From Elainellaceae cyanobacterium (lineage in GTDB: Bacteria > Cyanobacteriota > Cyanobacteriia > CAZCXK01): a DNA stretch of 64,000 nt. Below are positions 8,825-20,723 of the stretch, one piece after another. How positions within the stretch are numbered: position 1 is the stretch's first letter; each line of letters starts with the position of its first letter. A program made the position numbers and the translations under genes. The notes under the pieces were generated by a model. That model saw only the letters and a program-made list of their open reading frames with translations, was not told the DNA's origin and did not search any database. The stretch lies in the NCBI GenBank assembly GCA_051117555.1, contig JBNPEG010000002.1, positions 1 through 64,000 on the forward strand, written 5' to 3'.

Positions 8825-10930
8825 ATGGATTACATCCTAACTCGATTGCCTGACAGTCCAATTGTTGAATTTACAATCCTGCTTCTCGTTACGCTGGTTA
8901 TTCCTCCTATTTTTGAACGGTTACGGCTTCCAGGCTTGATAGGGCTCTTATTTGCAGGCATCCTTTTAGGCTCTGATGGTTTGGGTCTTCTCGATAGAGA
9001 TTCTGAAATGATGAGTCTTTTATCCGATATCGGCAAGGTCTACTTGATGTTTGTCGCAGGATTAGAGATTGACCTAGCAGATTTTCGAAAATCAAAGGAG
9101 CGATCGCTCGGATTTGGGGTTGCCTCATTTTTGATTCCGCTGGGAGTCGGAGCACTGATTGGTTGGCAGTTTGGCTATGGGTGGAATGCTGCAATTTTGA
9201 TTGGCTCATTATTTGCATCTCATACGCTGTTGGGGTATCCCATCGCCCAACAGATGGGAGTAGTCAAGAATGAATCAGTCACGATTACCATTGGAGCTAC
9301 CATTTTTACTGACATCACGGCATTACTCGTTTTAGCGATTTGTGTATCCATTCATGCCGGAGATTTCTCCTGGATTAGTTTTGGTTTTCAGTTTGTATCT
9401 CTAGGGGTTTATGCAGCACTGGTTCTGTTTGGATTGGACTGGGCTGGAAACGAGTTCTTTCGCCGTACAGGTGACGAGGAGAGTAATCAATTCCTCTTTA
9501 TTCTCTTTGCTGTGTTTCTAACGTCAATTGGGGCACAACTAATCAACGTAGACATGATTGTTGGAGCTTTCTTGGCAGGTCTGGCAGTCAATGATGTCGT
9601 GGGTCGTAGTCCAGTTGAACAGAAAATTCAGTTTGTGGGCAGTGCTTTATTTATTCCCTTCTTTTTTATCGGCACTGGACTTTTAGTTGATATTCAAGCG
9701 TTGATGGATAGCCTCACCACCAATGTTGGGTTTACGGTGGCGATCGCCGGCGAAGTGTTTGTGGGAAAATTTATCGCTGCCTCCGCCGCCAAACTTGCCT
9801 ATCGATATACCTGGAATGAGGCCCTAATGATGTGGTCGTTATCCTTACCCCAGGTTGCAGCTACGCTAGCGGCTGCTCTTACAGGGCTACAAGTAGGATT
9901 GCTCGATGACTCAGTATTCAACAGCGTAATCGTCATGATGCTGGCTACCGCCCTAGTAGGCCCTCTACTCACGAGACGATTTGCAGCGAGAATATCTGCT
10001 CCAGCGTCCGCAGAGATAAATCCTACAGACCGTCATACCGATACCGTCAATTCGATCTGGCACTGGCACGATTCAAAATCAAGCACCATCCAGTATTCAG
10101 TATCCCAATCGCCGTCCAGATTTACGATTATGCTGCCTATTTCCAAGCCATCAACTGCTCGGGATTTGATGGAGATGGCATCTCGGCTTGCCCATGAAGA
10201 ATCGGGGGAAATTATACCTCTGGCAATTACACCTGCTCGCGTTCCTATGGATGAACCAGAATTAGAGTCCAAACTGTGGCACACTCATCAACTCCTGAAT
10301 CGGGCTGAAGCCATCGGTCAAGACATTGGTGTGCCGGTTAATCCACTTCTGCGGATTGACGATGATATTGCCGAGGGGATTAGTCGTGCCGCTCGGGAAC
10401 AAAATGCCGATTTGATTATGATGGGCTGGAGTCACGTTGGATTGCGATCGCGCTTATTTGGCAGCATCACTGAAAGTGTAGTTTGGTTATCCCATTGTCC
10501 AGTTGCCGTAGCGCGACTGCTCGATAAACCCAGCAATATCCGCAAGATTTTGGTGCCTGTGAAAACCATCTCGCCACGAACTCTAAAGGCGATTCAGTTT
10601 GCTCAGTTAATCGCCAAGACCAATGGCGCGTCAGTGACAATCTTTCATGTGGTTGACCAATACGTTCCGCTCGACCAAGTGTCTCGATTTGAGTCAGATC
10701 TCACGCAAGCCTTTTACAAAAAAGATTTAGAGCTAAATGCCACCGTTGAAATCAAAATCGCTAATAATGTCATTCAAGCTATTCTAAATGCGACTCGGTC
10801 AGTTGATCTTGTAATTTTGCGATCGCTGCGACGCCGCACAGCAGGAGGATTATCCGTCAGCGATGTGACCACAAATGTGATCAAAGATATCCGCTGTTCT
10901 CTAATACTGTTTGGAGAACCCCATGCGTGA
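8825..10930 (+). CDS. Cation:proton antiporter (CPA2) with C-terminal universal stress protein domains
   Basis: About 12 hydrophobic helices, LMFVAGLEID, GATIFTD, GAFLAGLA; USP-like ADLIMMGW...LFGSITESVVWLSHCPVAV. Confidence 0.9.
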   Translation: MDYILTRLPDSPIVEFTILLLVTLVIPPIFERLRLPGLIGLLFAGILLGSDGLGLLDRDSEMMSLLSDIGKVYLMFVAGLEIDLADFRKSKERSLGFGVASFLIPLGVGALIGWQFGYGWNAAILIGSLFASHTLLGYPIAQQMGVVKNESVTITIGATIFTDITALLVLAICVSIHAGDFSWISFGFQFVSLGVYAALVLFGLDWAGNEFFRRTGDEESNQFLFILFAVFLTSIGAQLINVDMIVGAFLAGLAVNDVVGRSPVEQKIQFVGSALFIPFFFIGTGLLVDIQALMDSLTTNVGFTVAIAGEVFVGKFIAASAAKLAYRYTWNEALMMWSLSLPQVAATLAAALTGLQVGLLDDSVFNSVIVMMLATALVGPLLTRRFAARISAPASAEINPTDRHTDTVNSIWHWHDSKSSTIQYSVSQSPSRFTIMLPISKPSTARDLMEMASRLAHEESGEIIPLAITPARVPMDEPELESKLWHTHQLLNRAEAIGQDIGVPVNPLLRIDDDIAEGISRAAREQNADLIMMGWSHVGLRSRLFGSITESVVWLSHCPVAVARLLDKPSNIRKILVPVKTISPRTLKAIQFAQLIAKTNGASVTIFHVVDQYVPLDQVSRFESDLTQAFYKKDLELNATVEIKIANNVIQAILNATRSVDLVILRSLRRRTAGGLSVSDVTTNVIKDIRCSLILFGEPHA

Positions 10931-11067
10931 GTCCATCTTAATCTTTCGTCTGATTCGTTAGAACGTGCCCCAAAATGTCAAGACTAATAACGGAGCGTAC
11001 TGCTTGGAGATATCTCCAAACAGTACGCTATTGCTGCACTCTAGCGTGCTCATGGAGAACTCGGATT

Positions 11068-12024
11068 ATGAATGATGCAATCCCAAATTTTGACCTTGCC
11101 AACCGTCAACTAATGGATTTAGACCGTTTACAGAAGCCTAAAATGCTGATTGTCGATGACGAACCCGACAATTTAGACTTACTGTATCGGACATTTCGCC
11201 GAGATTTTCAAATATTGCGGGCAGCAAACGGAATCGATGCTCTCGATGTTTTGGCTCGTGAGGGAGAAGTTGCAATCATCATCTCAGATCAGCGGATGCC
11301 TGAGATGAAAGGAACGGAATTTTTGAGCAAAACGGTGCCTCAGTTTCCAGATACGATGCGAATCATCCTAACCGGATTTACCGATGTCGAAGATTTGGTC
11401 GAGGCAATTAATTTAGGGCAGGTACACAAATACATCACTAAACCTTGGGACCCTGATGAATTAAAGCGAGTAGTTCAGCGAGCCATTGAAACATATCAAC
11501 TGCTTAAACATCGCATCGAAGAGTTGCATCAGGCCCAAACACAGACAGCGTTATTAAGTGCGATTGTGCTGGCAGCCAAAGAAGCCTCTAGCCTAGATTC
11601 TTATTTAGCGTCTGTTGCTGAAGCGTTTGGTAAAAATTTTGATGCAGATATCTGCACCTTGCAACTTACAAATGGAAATGCGCTCAGCAGTAGTTATGGA
11701 ACCTTTTCTGTAATCGAACATCAATCCAATTCGCTGGCTCGCAATCCATTAGTTGAGGAGGCGATCGCCACTCGTACGCTCCAAGTAGCGGTTAATAGTT
11801 CGGCAGATGACTTCCTGACCCATCTTGAATACTATGCAGCGAATGGAATTCAAGCTAATCTTATCAGCCCAATTACGTTTCAAGACAAAATTGTCGGCGT
11901 TCTCTCACTTCAGTGGAAAACGTCTCGCCTATTAAACGGCGATCAGCTTGCACTGCTCTATCTTTCTGTTCAGCATGCAGCTCTAGCCCTTGCCTGCAAA
12001 CGTATGTACTGTGTGACAACATAA
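11068..12024 (+). CDS. Response regulator receiver + GAF domain protein
   Basis: LIVDDEPD, IISDQRMPEMKG, KYITKPW; C-terminal PITFQDKIVGVLSL. Confidence 0.88.
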   Translation: MNDAIPNFDLANRQLMDLDRLQKPKMLIVDDEPDNLDLLYRTFRRDFQILRAANGIDALDVLAREGEVAIIISDQRMPEMKGTEFLSKTVPQFPDTMRIILTGFTDVEDLVEAINLGQVHKYITKPWDPDELKRVVQRAIETYQLLKHRIEELHQAQTQTALLSAIVLAAKEASSLDSYLASVAEAFGKNFDADICTLQLTNGNALSSSYGTFSVIEHQSNSLARNPLVEEAIATRTLQVAVNSSADDFLTHLEYYAANGIQANLISPITFQDKIVGVLSLQWKTSRLLNGDQLALLYLSVQHAALALACKRMYCVTT

Positions 12025-12073
12025 CACGATAGGATGAGGAGGTAATCAATGTTTCTCGGGACGATTAAAGTTT

Positions 12074-12820
12074 GTGATATGCCCACAGCGCCCATCCCAT
12101 CCTCAGCATCCTCAATCGTCTCCATCAGATGCTCAAACTATTCAACATCTGTTTAACCGAATTGCCCCAACATACGATCGCCTAAATCAGTTGCTGAGCC
12201 TAGGGCAACATATGGTTTGGAAACAGATGGCAGTCAAATGGGCAAATCCCAAGCCTGGGGATGTGTGTTTAGATGTATGCTGCGGTAGCGGCGATATTGC
12301 ACGGCTGCTTGCTAGACGCATCCAAAACCAGGGAAGAGTAATTGGCCTAGACTTCTCGCCAGAGCAATTGGCGATCGCCCGCCAGAGCACCAGCAATCAG
12401 GTACAACCTCTCCAAATTACTTGGATTGAAGGCGATGCCTTGAATATCGCATTCGATGACGAACAGTTTGATGTGGTAACAATGGGATATGGCTTGCGAA
12501 ATATCGTGGATATTCCACAAAGTCTCAGGGAAATCTATCGGGTGCTGAGAACTGGAGGGCGTGCTGCTATTCTAGATATGCATCGTCCCTATAATGACAC
12601 TATTCGTAGTTTCCAGGAGTGGTATTTAGATGCCATTGTTACTCCGACAGCAGATATGTTTGGTCTGCGTCAAGAGTATGCTTACATTAGCTCAAGCCTA
12701 GCTAAATTCCCAACAGGGCCTGACCAGATTCAATTAGCTCAACAGGCAGGATTTAGCACAGCGACTCATTATGCGATCGCTGGAGGAATGATGGGAGTCT
12801 TAGTCGCAACCAAGACTTAG
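12074..12820 (+). CDS. menG: Demethylphylloquinol/demethylmenaquinone methyltransferase (UbiE/MenG)
   Basis: [37 protein letters not shown]. Confidence 0.9.
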   Translation: MICPQRPSHPQHPQSSPSDAQTIQHLFNRIAPTYDRLNQLLSLGQHMVWKQMAVKWANPKPGDVCLDVCCGSGDIARLLARRIQNQGRVIGLDFSPEQLAIARQSTSNQVQPLQITWIEGDALNIAFDDEQFDVVTMGYGLRNIVDIPQSLREIYRVLRTGGRAAILDMHRPYNDTIRSFQEWYLDAIVTPTADMFGLRQEYAYISSSLAKFPTGPDQIQLAQQAGFSTATHYAIAGGMMGVLVATKT

Positions 12821-12891
12821 CCTCTGTTGCATCTGATCACTGGTTTTTTCCCTATAACTGTTCGTATTTATTCATTGTTGATTTATCAATT

Positions 12892-14121
12892 TTGGACTTC
12901 TCAACGCTCTGGCTGCTAATTGCTCCTCCGGTTGTGGGTGGAATCATTGGCTATTTCACAAACGACCTTGCAATTAATATGCTCTTTCGCCCCTATCGAG
13001 CCCTCTATATTCGCGGGTGGAAAGTTCCGTTTACACCGGGTTTAATACCCAGCAATCAAGCGCGGTTAGCTCAGCGCGTAGCAGATACAATCATGGGGTC
13101 ATTGCTGACACCAGAAGAATTGCAGAATCTGGCGCGACGGCTTCTACAATTGGAGCGCACCCAAGCAGCAATTCGCTGGTTACTCGAACTCGCATTCAGT
13201 CAGGTCCAAGGCGCAAATGAGCAAAAAACAACTCGCATCTTAGCAGGTATATTAGAAGACTTGCTTGGTCAGTCTTTACCTCGATTGTTAAAAGTATTAG
13301 CACGACGTGAAGATTTTTTAGAGGCCCAGTTTAATCAGATATTTGACCAGGTTTTGCTCGATTTTCAACTGAGCGAATCTCAGGCAGATCAACTTTCAGA
13401 ATGGATCCTACAAGTCGTTTTGCCTCCTGATGTACTGCGTCAAGCAATCGTTGATTTTCTAACAGACCGTAACATTCAAATCATCGATGAAGGATTTCGA
13501 GAAAAAGCAAGCGGTACGTATTGGGTCGTTGCTAATTTATTTGGTCTTCGAAATTCGCTCACCCGTCTACGAACCTATTGTCTCGACGAAAGAGACGCTT
13601 GCAATGCAGTGCTCGCTGAGTTGATTCGATCTCTTTCTGTCAAAAATAGATTGCAGGAATGGTTACAAAATCTTTCTCTACAGAATCTTCCCGTAGCGAC
13701 TGTTCGACAGTTGCGAAAAACAATGCGAGACAGCCTGCGTAAATACGTTCAGACTCGTGGTGCTGAAATTTTGCAGGGATTAAGCAAGTCTATCGACTGG
13801 GAAAAGGTTGCAGGCTTATTACTGAGTCGCCTCCAGAATTCGGAAGCGGTCACTAGTTCCCTAACGCCAGTCAGTCGAGAATTGGCGCTTATTCTTGAGC
13901 GCTATCTAGAAAGAGATTTAGAAAAGATTGTGGCTCAAATCATTCCAATCCTTAACATCGATCAAGTCATTATCGATCGGGTAAACACGACCTCACCTAA
14001 AGATTTAGAGCTTGCCATTCAAGGTATCGTCAGAAATGAGCTGCAAGCCATTGTTAATCTAGGGGGTGTTTTAGGCTTCACAATTGGATGCTTTCAGTCT
14101 TTGCTTCTGTATCTAAACTGA
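12892..14121 (+). CDS. DUF445 family membrane-anchored protein
   Basis: [20 protein letters not shown]-terminus; [15 protein letters not shown]-terminus. Confidence 0.9.
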   Translation: MDFSTLWLLIAPPVVGGIIGYFTNDLAINMLFRPYRALYIRGWKVPFTPGLIPSNQARLAQRVADTIMGSLLTPEELQNLARRLLQLERTQAAIRWLLELAFSQVQGANEQKTTRILAGILEDLLGQSLPRLLKVLARREDFLEAQFNQIFDQVLLDFQLSESQADQLSEWILQVVLPPDVLRQAIVDFLTDRNIQIIDEGFREKASGTYWVVANLFGLRNSLTRLRTYCLDERDACNAVLAELIRSLSVKNRLQEWLQNLSLQNLPVATVRQLRKTMRDSLRKYVQTRGAEILQGLSKSIDWEKVAGLLLSRLQNSEAVTSSLTPVSRELALILERYLERDLEKIVAQIIPILNIDQVIIDRVNTTSPKDLELAIQGIVRNELQAIVNLGGVLGFTIGCFQSLLLYLN

Positions 14122-14178
14122 TTGGTTAATCTAAACTGATTGCATCCGAACTAAGCATTCCAAAAACTCTATGATTAG

Positions 14179-15345
14179 TCACGTATCCCTAAGATCATCA
14201 AGCAGATTATCATCATCGTCTTGCAAGACATCATCGATGTCTTTACATAAATCCTGCAAAGCTTGACGTTGAGACCGACGAGAGGGACGGCGATATTTTT
14301 TGGTTTCTAGTTTGGGTTCATAGTGAGACTTTCCATGCTCTCCTATTTTGACTTTGAGCGTAGATTCAGAACTTCCTACACTTTCCAAAGCACTTTGACG
14401 GGCGATCGCCTCATCCAAAAAGCTCAAGTAATGCTCATAGCGTTCCCAATCTCCTCGGACGACACAATTGGGTTCATCTCGATGTAAGCAATTACTGAAT
14501 TGGCAGCTAGCCTGGGCAATCCGTTTTCGAATTTCAGGAAAAAAGTTAGCCAACTCGGTAGGATCACAGTCCAAATCAGGTTGATTAAAGCCAGGCGTAT
14601 CTGCAAGAAGACCTCCTGCAGGTAATTCAAACAGCTCCACATGGCGCGTTGTATGACGACCGCGCCCGAGCTTACCAGATACCTCTCCAATCCGCAAATC
14701 AACCCTAGGAATCAGGTGATTAATAAGACTCGACTTTCCTACCCCGGACGGACCAGAAACGACTCCAATTCGATGGCTTAGTTCATGGTGAAGCCTTGCC
14801 AAACCGTGGCGATTTGCGATACTGACTACCAGAGGATGATATCCCCACTGATTGAGGCGGTTACACCATGTCTCCTGCTCATCTATCGTGACCAAATCAC
14901 TTTTATTTAAGCAGAGTTTCACCGACAACCCCGTAGATTCAGCCTTAACAAGAAACCGACTCAGCTGAATTGGCTCCAACCCAGGTTCTGCTAAAGCAAA
15001 TACCAATAAAATCTGATTGGCATTCGCAATTGGAGGGCGATCGAGTTCAGTTTTGCGAGGTAAAACATGCGATATTGCTCCTCGACCTCCTATCCAATCA
15101 GGTTCTTCGATAGTCACCCGATCGCCAACAATAACATGCTGCCCAATTTTTTTAAGACGAGCGCGTCGAGTACAAAGTAATGACGCTGAATCACGCTCAA
15201 GGTGTCTGACAAAGTCAGGCATCGAAGAACTAGAGTCAAGCTTAACCCAATAATAATTCGCTTGAACAGCTATAACAGTTCCGAGCAACCCAGAACTGAT
15301 CGCCGAATGATTCTCGAAAGAAAAATGTAGGGACGCGTCATTCAT
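14179..15345 (-). CDS. rsgA: Small ribosomal subunit biogenesis GTPase RsgA
   Basis: LNKSDL, GPSGVGKSS, GRHTT, DTPGF, CQFSNCLHRDEPNC zinc finger. Confidence 0.95.
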   Translation of the reverse strand: MNDASLHFSFENHSAISSGLLGTVIAVQANYYWVKLDSSSSMPDFVRHLERDSASLLCTRRARLKKIGQHVIVGDRVTIEEPDWIGGRGAISHVLPRKTELDRPPIANANQILLVFALAEPGLEPIQLSRFLVKAESTGLSVKLCLNKSDLVTIDEQETWCNRLNQWGYHPLVVSIANRHGLARLHHELSHRIGVVSGPSGVGKSSLINHLIPRVDLRIGEVSGKLGRGRHTTRHVELFELPAGGLLADTPGFNQPDLDCDPTELANFFPEIRKRIAQASCQFSNCLHRDEPNCVVRGDWERYEHYLSFLDEAIARQSALESVGSSESTLKVKIGEHGKSHYEPKLETKKYRRPSRRSQRQALQDLCKDIDDVLQDDDDNLLDDLRDT

Positions 15346-15611
15346 GCTGAGATAGAAGGACGCCGCACTTTAACTGCAAAAAATTGCGACCGATTTTCAA
15401 TACACTCGACGCTATAGCCCTCCATCGTCAAGCTATCGGGAACTTGTTCGATCGGTTCACCTGGATCTAACCAAACCTCAAGAATTGATCCAGGTGCCAT
15501 TTTTTCTAGCCTAAGCTTAGTTCTTACAAAGTTAATCGGGCAAGGAGTGCCTCGCAAATCCAGATGGCTATCGGGAACTAAATTTGATGCTGATTCAATT
15601 GAATAGGTCAT
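15342..15611 (-). CDS. TusA/SirA family sulfurtransferase
   Basis: [17 protein letters not shown] motif. Confidence 0.9.
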   Translation of the reverse strand: MTYSIESASNLVPDSHLDLRGTPCPINFVRTKLRLEKMAPGSILEVWLDPGEPIEQVPDSLTMEGYSVECIENRSQFFAVKVRRPSISA

Positions 15612-16735
15612 CCTCGAAACAGCCCCCCTAGAAAGCCCTCAATACCTCCCCCTTTTTCAATGCGATCGCCTCTAATTTTGGCAAGTTTCTCCAGCAACTC
15701 ACGCTCTTCGGGGGCAATCCGCGTCGGAATTGCAATTTGCACAGTGATTAGATGATTACCTCGACTAACCGGATTCCCTAGACGAGGAACTCCCTTATCT
15801 TCTAGAGTTAAAACGGTGTTAGGTTGAGTTCCTGGATTAATAATGACCTCTTGAGGTCCATCAACCGTGTTAACTTCCAATCGACAACCTAAGATGGCTT
15901 GAAGATAGCTAATCCGAATTTCTGAGAGGATATTAATGCCATCGCGCTTAAATTCTGCATCTTCGTTAACGAACAAATAAACGTAAAGATCGCCCGGTGG
16001 CCCTCCTCGCTGCCCTGCATCACCCTCACCCGATACTCTGAGACGGGTTCCATTATCAACTCCGGCAGGAATTGTAATCTTTAGTTTTTTGGTTTCTTGC
16101 TTCTGCCCGCTGCCGCCGCACGTGTCACATTTTTCTTCAATGACTTGCCCAACCCCATTGCATGTCGGACAAACAGAGACCTGCGTGAAACTGCCGAAAG
16201 GGGTTCGTGTAGCGCGACGAACTTGCCCCGAACCGCTGCAGGTTTGGCAAGCTCGAGGGCGCGTTCCTGGCTTTGCGCCGATCCCGCCGCAGGTTGAACA
16301 TGTTTCAAGATGGCTAATTCGAATTTCTTTGTCGCCCCCGAAAACAGCCTCACGGAAATCCAGCCTTAGATCGAGACGGAGATCATCTCCTCGAACTGGC
16401 CCACTACGACGCCGTGCAGTCTGTCCCATTCCTGAAAAGCCACTAAAGAAGCTCTCAAAAATATCGGCAAACCCACCCAAGTCGCTAAAGTCTTGAAAAC
16501 CTGCACCCGCAGCAGAACCGACTCCTGCTTCGCCAAAGCGATCATATCGAGCCCGAGTTTCTGGCTCAGAAAGCACTTCATAGGCGCGATTGATTTCCTT
16601 GAAACGCTCCTCCGCTCCCTCCTCCTTATTGACATCTGGATGATACTTCCGTGCTAATCTCCGATATGCACGTTTGATCTCTTCTTTGTCTGTGTCACGG
16701 GTGACACCAAGGATTTCATAGTAATCACGAGCCAT
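15608..16735 (-). CDS. dnaJ: Chaperone DnaJ
   Basis: HPD motif, G/F region, four CxxCxGxG repeats. Confidence 0.97.
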   Translation of the reverse strand: MARDYYEILGVTRDTDKEEIKRAYRRLARKYHPDVNKEEGAEERFKEINRAYEVLSEPETRARYDRFGEAGVGSAAGAGFQDFSDLGGFADIFESFFSGFSGMGQTARRRSGPVRGDDLRLDLRLDFREAVFGGDKEIRISHLETCSTCGGIGAKPGTRPRACQTCSGSGQVRRATRTPFGSFTQVSVCPTCNGVGQVIEEKCDTCGGSGQKQETKKLKITIPAGVDNGTRLRVSGEGDAGQRGGPPGDLYVYLFVNEDAEFKRDGINILSEIRISYLQAILGCRLEVNTVDGPQEVIINPGTQPNTVLTLEDKGVPRLGNPVSRGNHLITVQIAIPTRIAPEERELLEKLAKIRGDRIEKGGGIEGFLGGLFRG

Positions 16736-16824
16736 ATAGCGCTGCTAATAGAGGATAGAAGGGACAGGCAAAATACTAATGTAATACAGGCTAGAGACAC
16801 GTAGCCCCTGCCCTATATCCTAAA

Positions 16825-18795
16825 CTAATCGACTGGCTCATAGGGAGCAGTTATCGTGTCATCATTATCATATCCGCCATAATCTTCGTCAAAGTCATCA
16901 CTTTGTGGCAAATCAGCATGGCCATTAAAATCAGACGTTGGCATATCCTCAGGAGGAGCGGCGGCATATTCATCACCATCTTGGTCTGCTTGCTGATAAA
17001 GAGATGCTCCGATGGTAAATAAAATCGCTTGAAGAGCATCTAGGCACTGTCGCATATCTTCGACACTAATATTGCGATCGCTCATTGCTGATCGTAATTC
17101 TGTAAATCGATCGCGTGCCTGAGATTTCAGTTCCTCTGGGATAAATTCACCATTATCTCTCAAGGTCGATTCATAGCTGTACAATAAACCGTCAGCCTGA
17201 TTTTTGAGTTCAACCAGCTGTTTTCGGCGAAGATCTTCCTCAGCATAAAGCTCAGCTTCCTGGCGCATGCGCTCAATTTCAGGATCACTCAAGCCGCCAG
17301 TATTTTTAATTTGAATACTTTGTTCTCGACCGGTTCCTTTGTCCCGGGCTGCAACTTGTAAAATCCCGTTCGCATCAATTTCAAACGAAACTTCAATTTG
17401 AGGGACTCCCCGGGGAGCTGGCGGAATTCCAGTTAGCTGAAATTTACCTAGACTCTTATTGTCTTTCGCCATAGCGCGTTCGCCTTGTAAGGCATGAATC
17501 TCTACAGATGTCTGACCATCTGTTGCCGTTGAAAAGGTTTGAGTTTTACTAGTCGGAATAGTCGTATTCCGCTCAATGATCTTAGTGAAAACTTCTCCCA
17601 ATGTTTCAATCCCTAACGATAGAGGCGTAACATCGAGCAACAGCAAATCTTTAACTTCGCCACCCAGCACTCCTCCTTGGATTGCAGCTCCTAAAGCAAC
17701 TGCTTCATCTGGATTTACTGAGCGATCGGGAGCCTTTCCTCCGAAGTGGTTACTAATAGCCTGCTGCACAGCAGGAATTCTAGTTGACCCTCCAACCAAA
17801 ATAATTCGATCAATATCATCAGGAGTGAGATCACAATCCTTCAGTGCCTGAGTGACAGGCTCGATCGTCGCCTGAATCAAATGTCCACTCAATTCCTCGA
17901 ATTTGGCACGACTCAGTTCCATTTCCAGATGCTTTGGTCCCGAATCATCTGCGGTAATAAAAGGCAAATTCATGGTCGTGGTCAACATGCTGGAGAGCTC
18001 GATTTTCGCTTTTTCTCCAGCCTCGCGGAGACGCTGGAGCGCCATTTTATCGGTTGACAAATCGATACCTTCCTGAGCCCTGAAGTTATCAATCATCCAA
18101 CAAACGAGGGCGTTATCAAAATCATCCCCTCCCAAGTGATTATTTCCTGAGGTGGCTTTAACTTCGAAGACGCCATCGCCTAGCTGCAAGACAGAGACGT
18201 CAAATGTTCCTCCGCCAAGGTCAAAAACGAGCACAGTCTGATCCTGGTCTTGCTTATCAAGTCCATATGACAAGGCGGCGGCTGTAGGTTCATTAATGAT
18301 GCGCTTAACTTCTAGCCCTGCTATAACCCCTGCATCTTCAGTAGCCTGACGTTGAGCATTAGTAAAGTAGGCTGGAACGGTAATAACGACCTCGGTTACA
18401 GATTCCCCCAAATAACTCTCAGCATCTTGCTTGAGCTTCTGCAAAATCATTGCTGAGATCTCTTGAGGCGTATAAGCACGTCCACGGACTTGAACATCAA
18501 CCGTGTCATCCTTTCCCCGAATACAAGAATATGGGACGCGGCCTCTTTCCTCGACCGTATCGTCCCATCGACGACCAATAAATCGTTTAATGCTGTAGAT
18601 TGTGTTCTCGGCATTTGTAACAGCTTGCCGCTTGGCAAGCTGTCCAACCAATCGTTCTCCAGATTTTCCAAAACCTACAATACTTGGAGTTGTTCGTCCC
18701 CCTTCAGAATTGGAGATGACGATAGGTTGACCGCCCTCCAATACAGAAACACAACTGTTTGTTGTGCCTAGATCGATACCAATAACTTTCCCCAT
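16825..18795 (-). CDS. dnaK: Chaperone DnaK
   Basis: [28 protein letters not shown]. Confidence 0.98.
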   Translation of the reverse strand: MGKVIGIDLGTTNSCVSVLEGGQPIVISNSEGGRTTPSIVGFGKSGERLVGQLAKRQAVTNAENTIYSIKRFIGRRWDDTVEERGRVPYSCIRGKDDTVDVQVRGRAYTPQEISAMILQKLKQDAESYLGESVTEVVITVPAYFTNAQRQATEDAGVIAGLEVKRIINEPTAAALSYGLDKQDQDQTVLVFDLGGGTFDVSVLQLGDGVFEVKATSGNNHLGGDDFDNALVCWMIDNFRAQEGIDLSTDKMALQRLREAGEKAKIELSSMLTTTMNLPFITADDSGPKHLEMELSRAKFEELSGHLIQATIEPVTQALKDCDLTPDDIDRIILVGGSTRIPAVQQAISNHFGGKAPDRSVNPDEAVALGAAIQGGVLGGEVKDLLLLDVTPLSLGIETLGEVFTKIIERNTTIPTSKTQTFSTATDGQTSVEIHALQGERAMAKDNKSLGKFQLTGIPPAPRGVPQIEVSFEIDANGILQVAARDKGTGREQSIQIKNTGGLSDPEIERMRQEAELYAEEDLRRKQLVELKNQADGLLYSYESTLRDNGEFIPEELKSQARDRFTELRSAMSDRNISVEDMRQCLDALQAILFTIGASLYQQADQDGDEYAAAPPEDMPTSDFNGHADLPQSDDFDEDYGGYDNDDTITAPYEPVD

Positions 18796-19039
18796 ATCTA
18801 ACAGCCTTGAATGCGTTCAAGACGAGTAGGATGCAACAGATGGATTTATAAAATAGTGAATCCACCTTTAGCAAGTATTCCGCAATTTCCTGGAAATCCT
18901 ATCAGTCCAAACTAAATTAACTCAGTTTCGCTATTAACGGCATCCCTAAGAGTGAAAAAATTTGTCAAGACTTCATCCGTACGAAATTCTGACGCACCTC
19001 TCAACTCCTTTCAATTGCAATCGAAACTACGTATGGCCC

Positions 19040-19825
19040 TTACGAATTACTTTGATCACCTTCTCCAGAAGTTGCTACTGGCTCTGGAGCCGCTGCAACT
19101 TTTACCATTGCGTGCCTCAAGACTCGTTCACCCAAAAGATAGCCTCGAACTAATTCCTCGATCACCGTTCCTTCAGGATGCTCCTCAGTCTGTTCACGTA
19201 GCACAGCTTCATGCAGATTTGGATCAAATTCTTGCCCTTCTGCACGCATGGGCGCTACACCAATTCGTTTCAAGCATTCGACTAATTGTTTATAAACACT
19301 CTGATAACTTTTATGAATGTTCATTTCGGCATCAGTCTGAGGCTTGATTTGCGATCGCGCCCGCTCAAAGTTATCGACAACAGGCAAAAGTTCTACAATC
19401 GTAGAGCATTTGACCTGATCTTCCACTTCCTCACGTTCCTTTTGGGTACGCTTCCGAAAATTATCAAAATCTGCGGCAATCCGAACGTATTGACTCGTCC
19501 GGTCTTCTAATTGAGCTCTCAATGTCTCAATTTCCTGACCCAGCTCTTTAATTGATGCTAAATCTGCTTCAGCTTTTTGATACGTAGTTTTTGATTCTTC
19601 AGCAGTCCGGAGGCGTTCAGCGGAATCTCCAACCGCTTCATTCTCTTCTAAATCCTCCAAGCTGACTTGATCCAAGGTCATTTCATCACCAGAATCATCT
19701 GATGCATTTTCATTCTGGATTGTTGACTTTGCATCGATTTGATCCTCACCATGAGGTGCTGAGGATTCTGAATTACCTGCTACGGTTGGCTGGTTATCTT
19801 CTAGATGCTTTTCTTCGTCAATCAT
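19040..19825 (-). CDS. grpE: Nucleotide exchange factor GrpE
   Basis: ADFDNFRKR, LLPVVDNFERA, FDPNLHEAV, GYLLGERVLRHAMVKV. Confidence 0.96.
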   Translation of the reverse strand: MIDEEKHLEDNQPTVAGNSESSAPHGEDQIDAKSTIQNENASDDSGDEMTLDQVSLEDLEENEAVGDSAERLRTAEESKTTYQKAEADLASIKELGQEIETLRAQLEDRTSQYVRIAADFDNFRKRTQKEREEVEDQVKCSTIVELLPVVDNFERARSQIKPQTDAEMNIHKSYQSVYKQLVECLKRIGVAPMRAEGQEFDPNLHEAVLREQTEEHPEGTVIEELVRGYLLGERVLRHAMVKVAAAPEPVATSGEGDQSNS

Positions 19826-20723
19826 TGTGTATCAATTTCCATTGCAAGAACTGCCATTTTAACGATCTATGCCTAGAGAACCAAAAGCGTACAGCCTAAA
19901 TCGGCTACTTTTACAGAATCTAGGCATTAGAGCTAGGCTATTACGTCTAGCTGCTAGCTGTGATCCACCTCAATCAGGATAAAAACTGGCTTGAGCAACC
20001 GCTTGTTAACAATTTTAGCGATTGAGCGAATCCATGAGTGAAGAAATCGAATTCAGATTATTTTTTTATTTCTTTGAGATGCGGTATTGCGGTATTAACG
20101 CCTCATCCATCATGAATCATGATAACAAGGCGGCTTTGCTCAAAAAGCTTAGGCATAAATTTAATGAATTTAGAGTCACATGCTCTAATATGCCAGTGCA
20201 AGTCTACACCGAATTAAAGCCCTAATAGCTTTGGCTACCTAGATTACGGATGTCCTAGAACCCATTGTTTTAATCCGTTGCCTCAAGCCTTAAGGATCGT
20301 AGAACACACGAATTTACATCTGATGAATGCAATACGGGCGATCGCATTCAGTGAATATATTGAATTGATAAAGATGTCTAAGCATTGTTTTGTAATAACA
20401 TGACTTTATGTTATGCATTCAAACATTGGCTTACATACTAATTAGTGCCGTAATCTTGTTGGAGAGTTTCGATGTGTAATTGCGCGCACCATTCTCTCAT
20501 AAAGGAATTATAGTCAAGAAAAAGTTGTAATGCTTATCCAGGCAAATTTAAGGCAAAGCCACATTGGCAGCCTAAATTGAGTCCTTCCATAATGCTTTTT
20601 TCCCTTGGTGTAATGAACCATCTCCGACTTAAAACCGTTTATCTACGGATTTCTTAATAAGCGTTTGTAAGCTTATAAGCAGATTCTGGGAACACTCTCT
20701 AGAGGTACTTTACTGCATCAGCT

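Noticed and set aside
19826..20723. Long grpE-pilB intergenic region and 67-aa ORF
   Set aside because: No recognisable CIRCE, RNA gene or protein motif; treated as divergent promoters.
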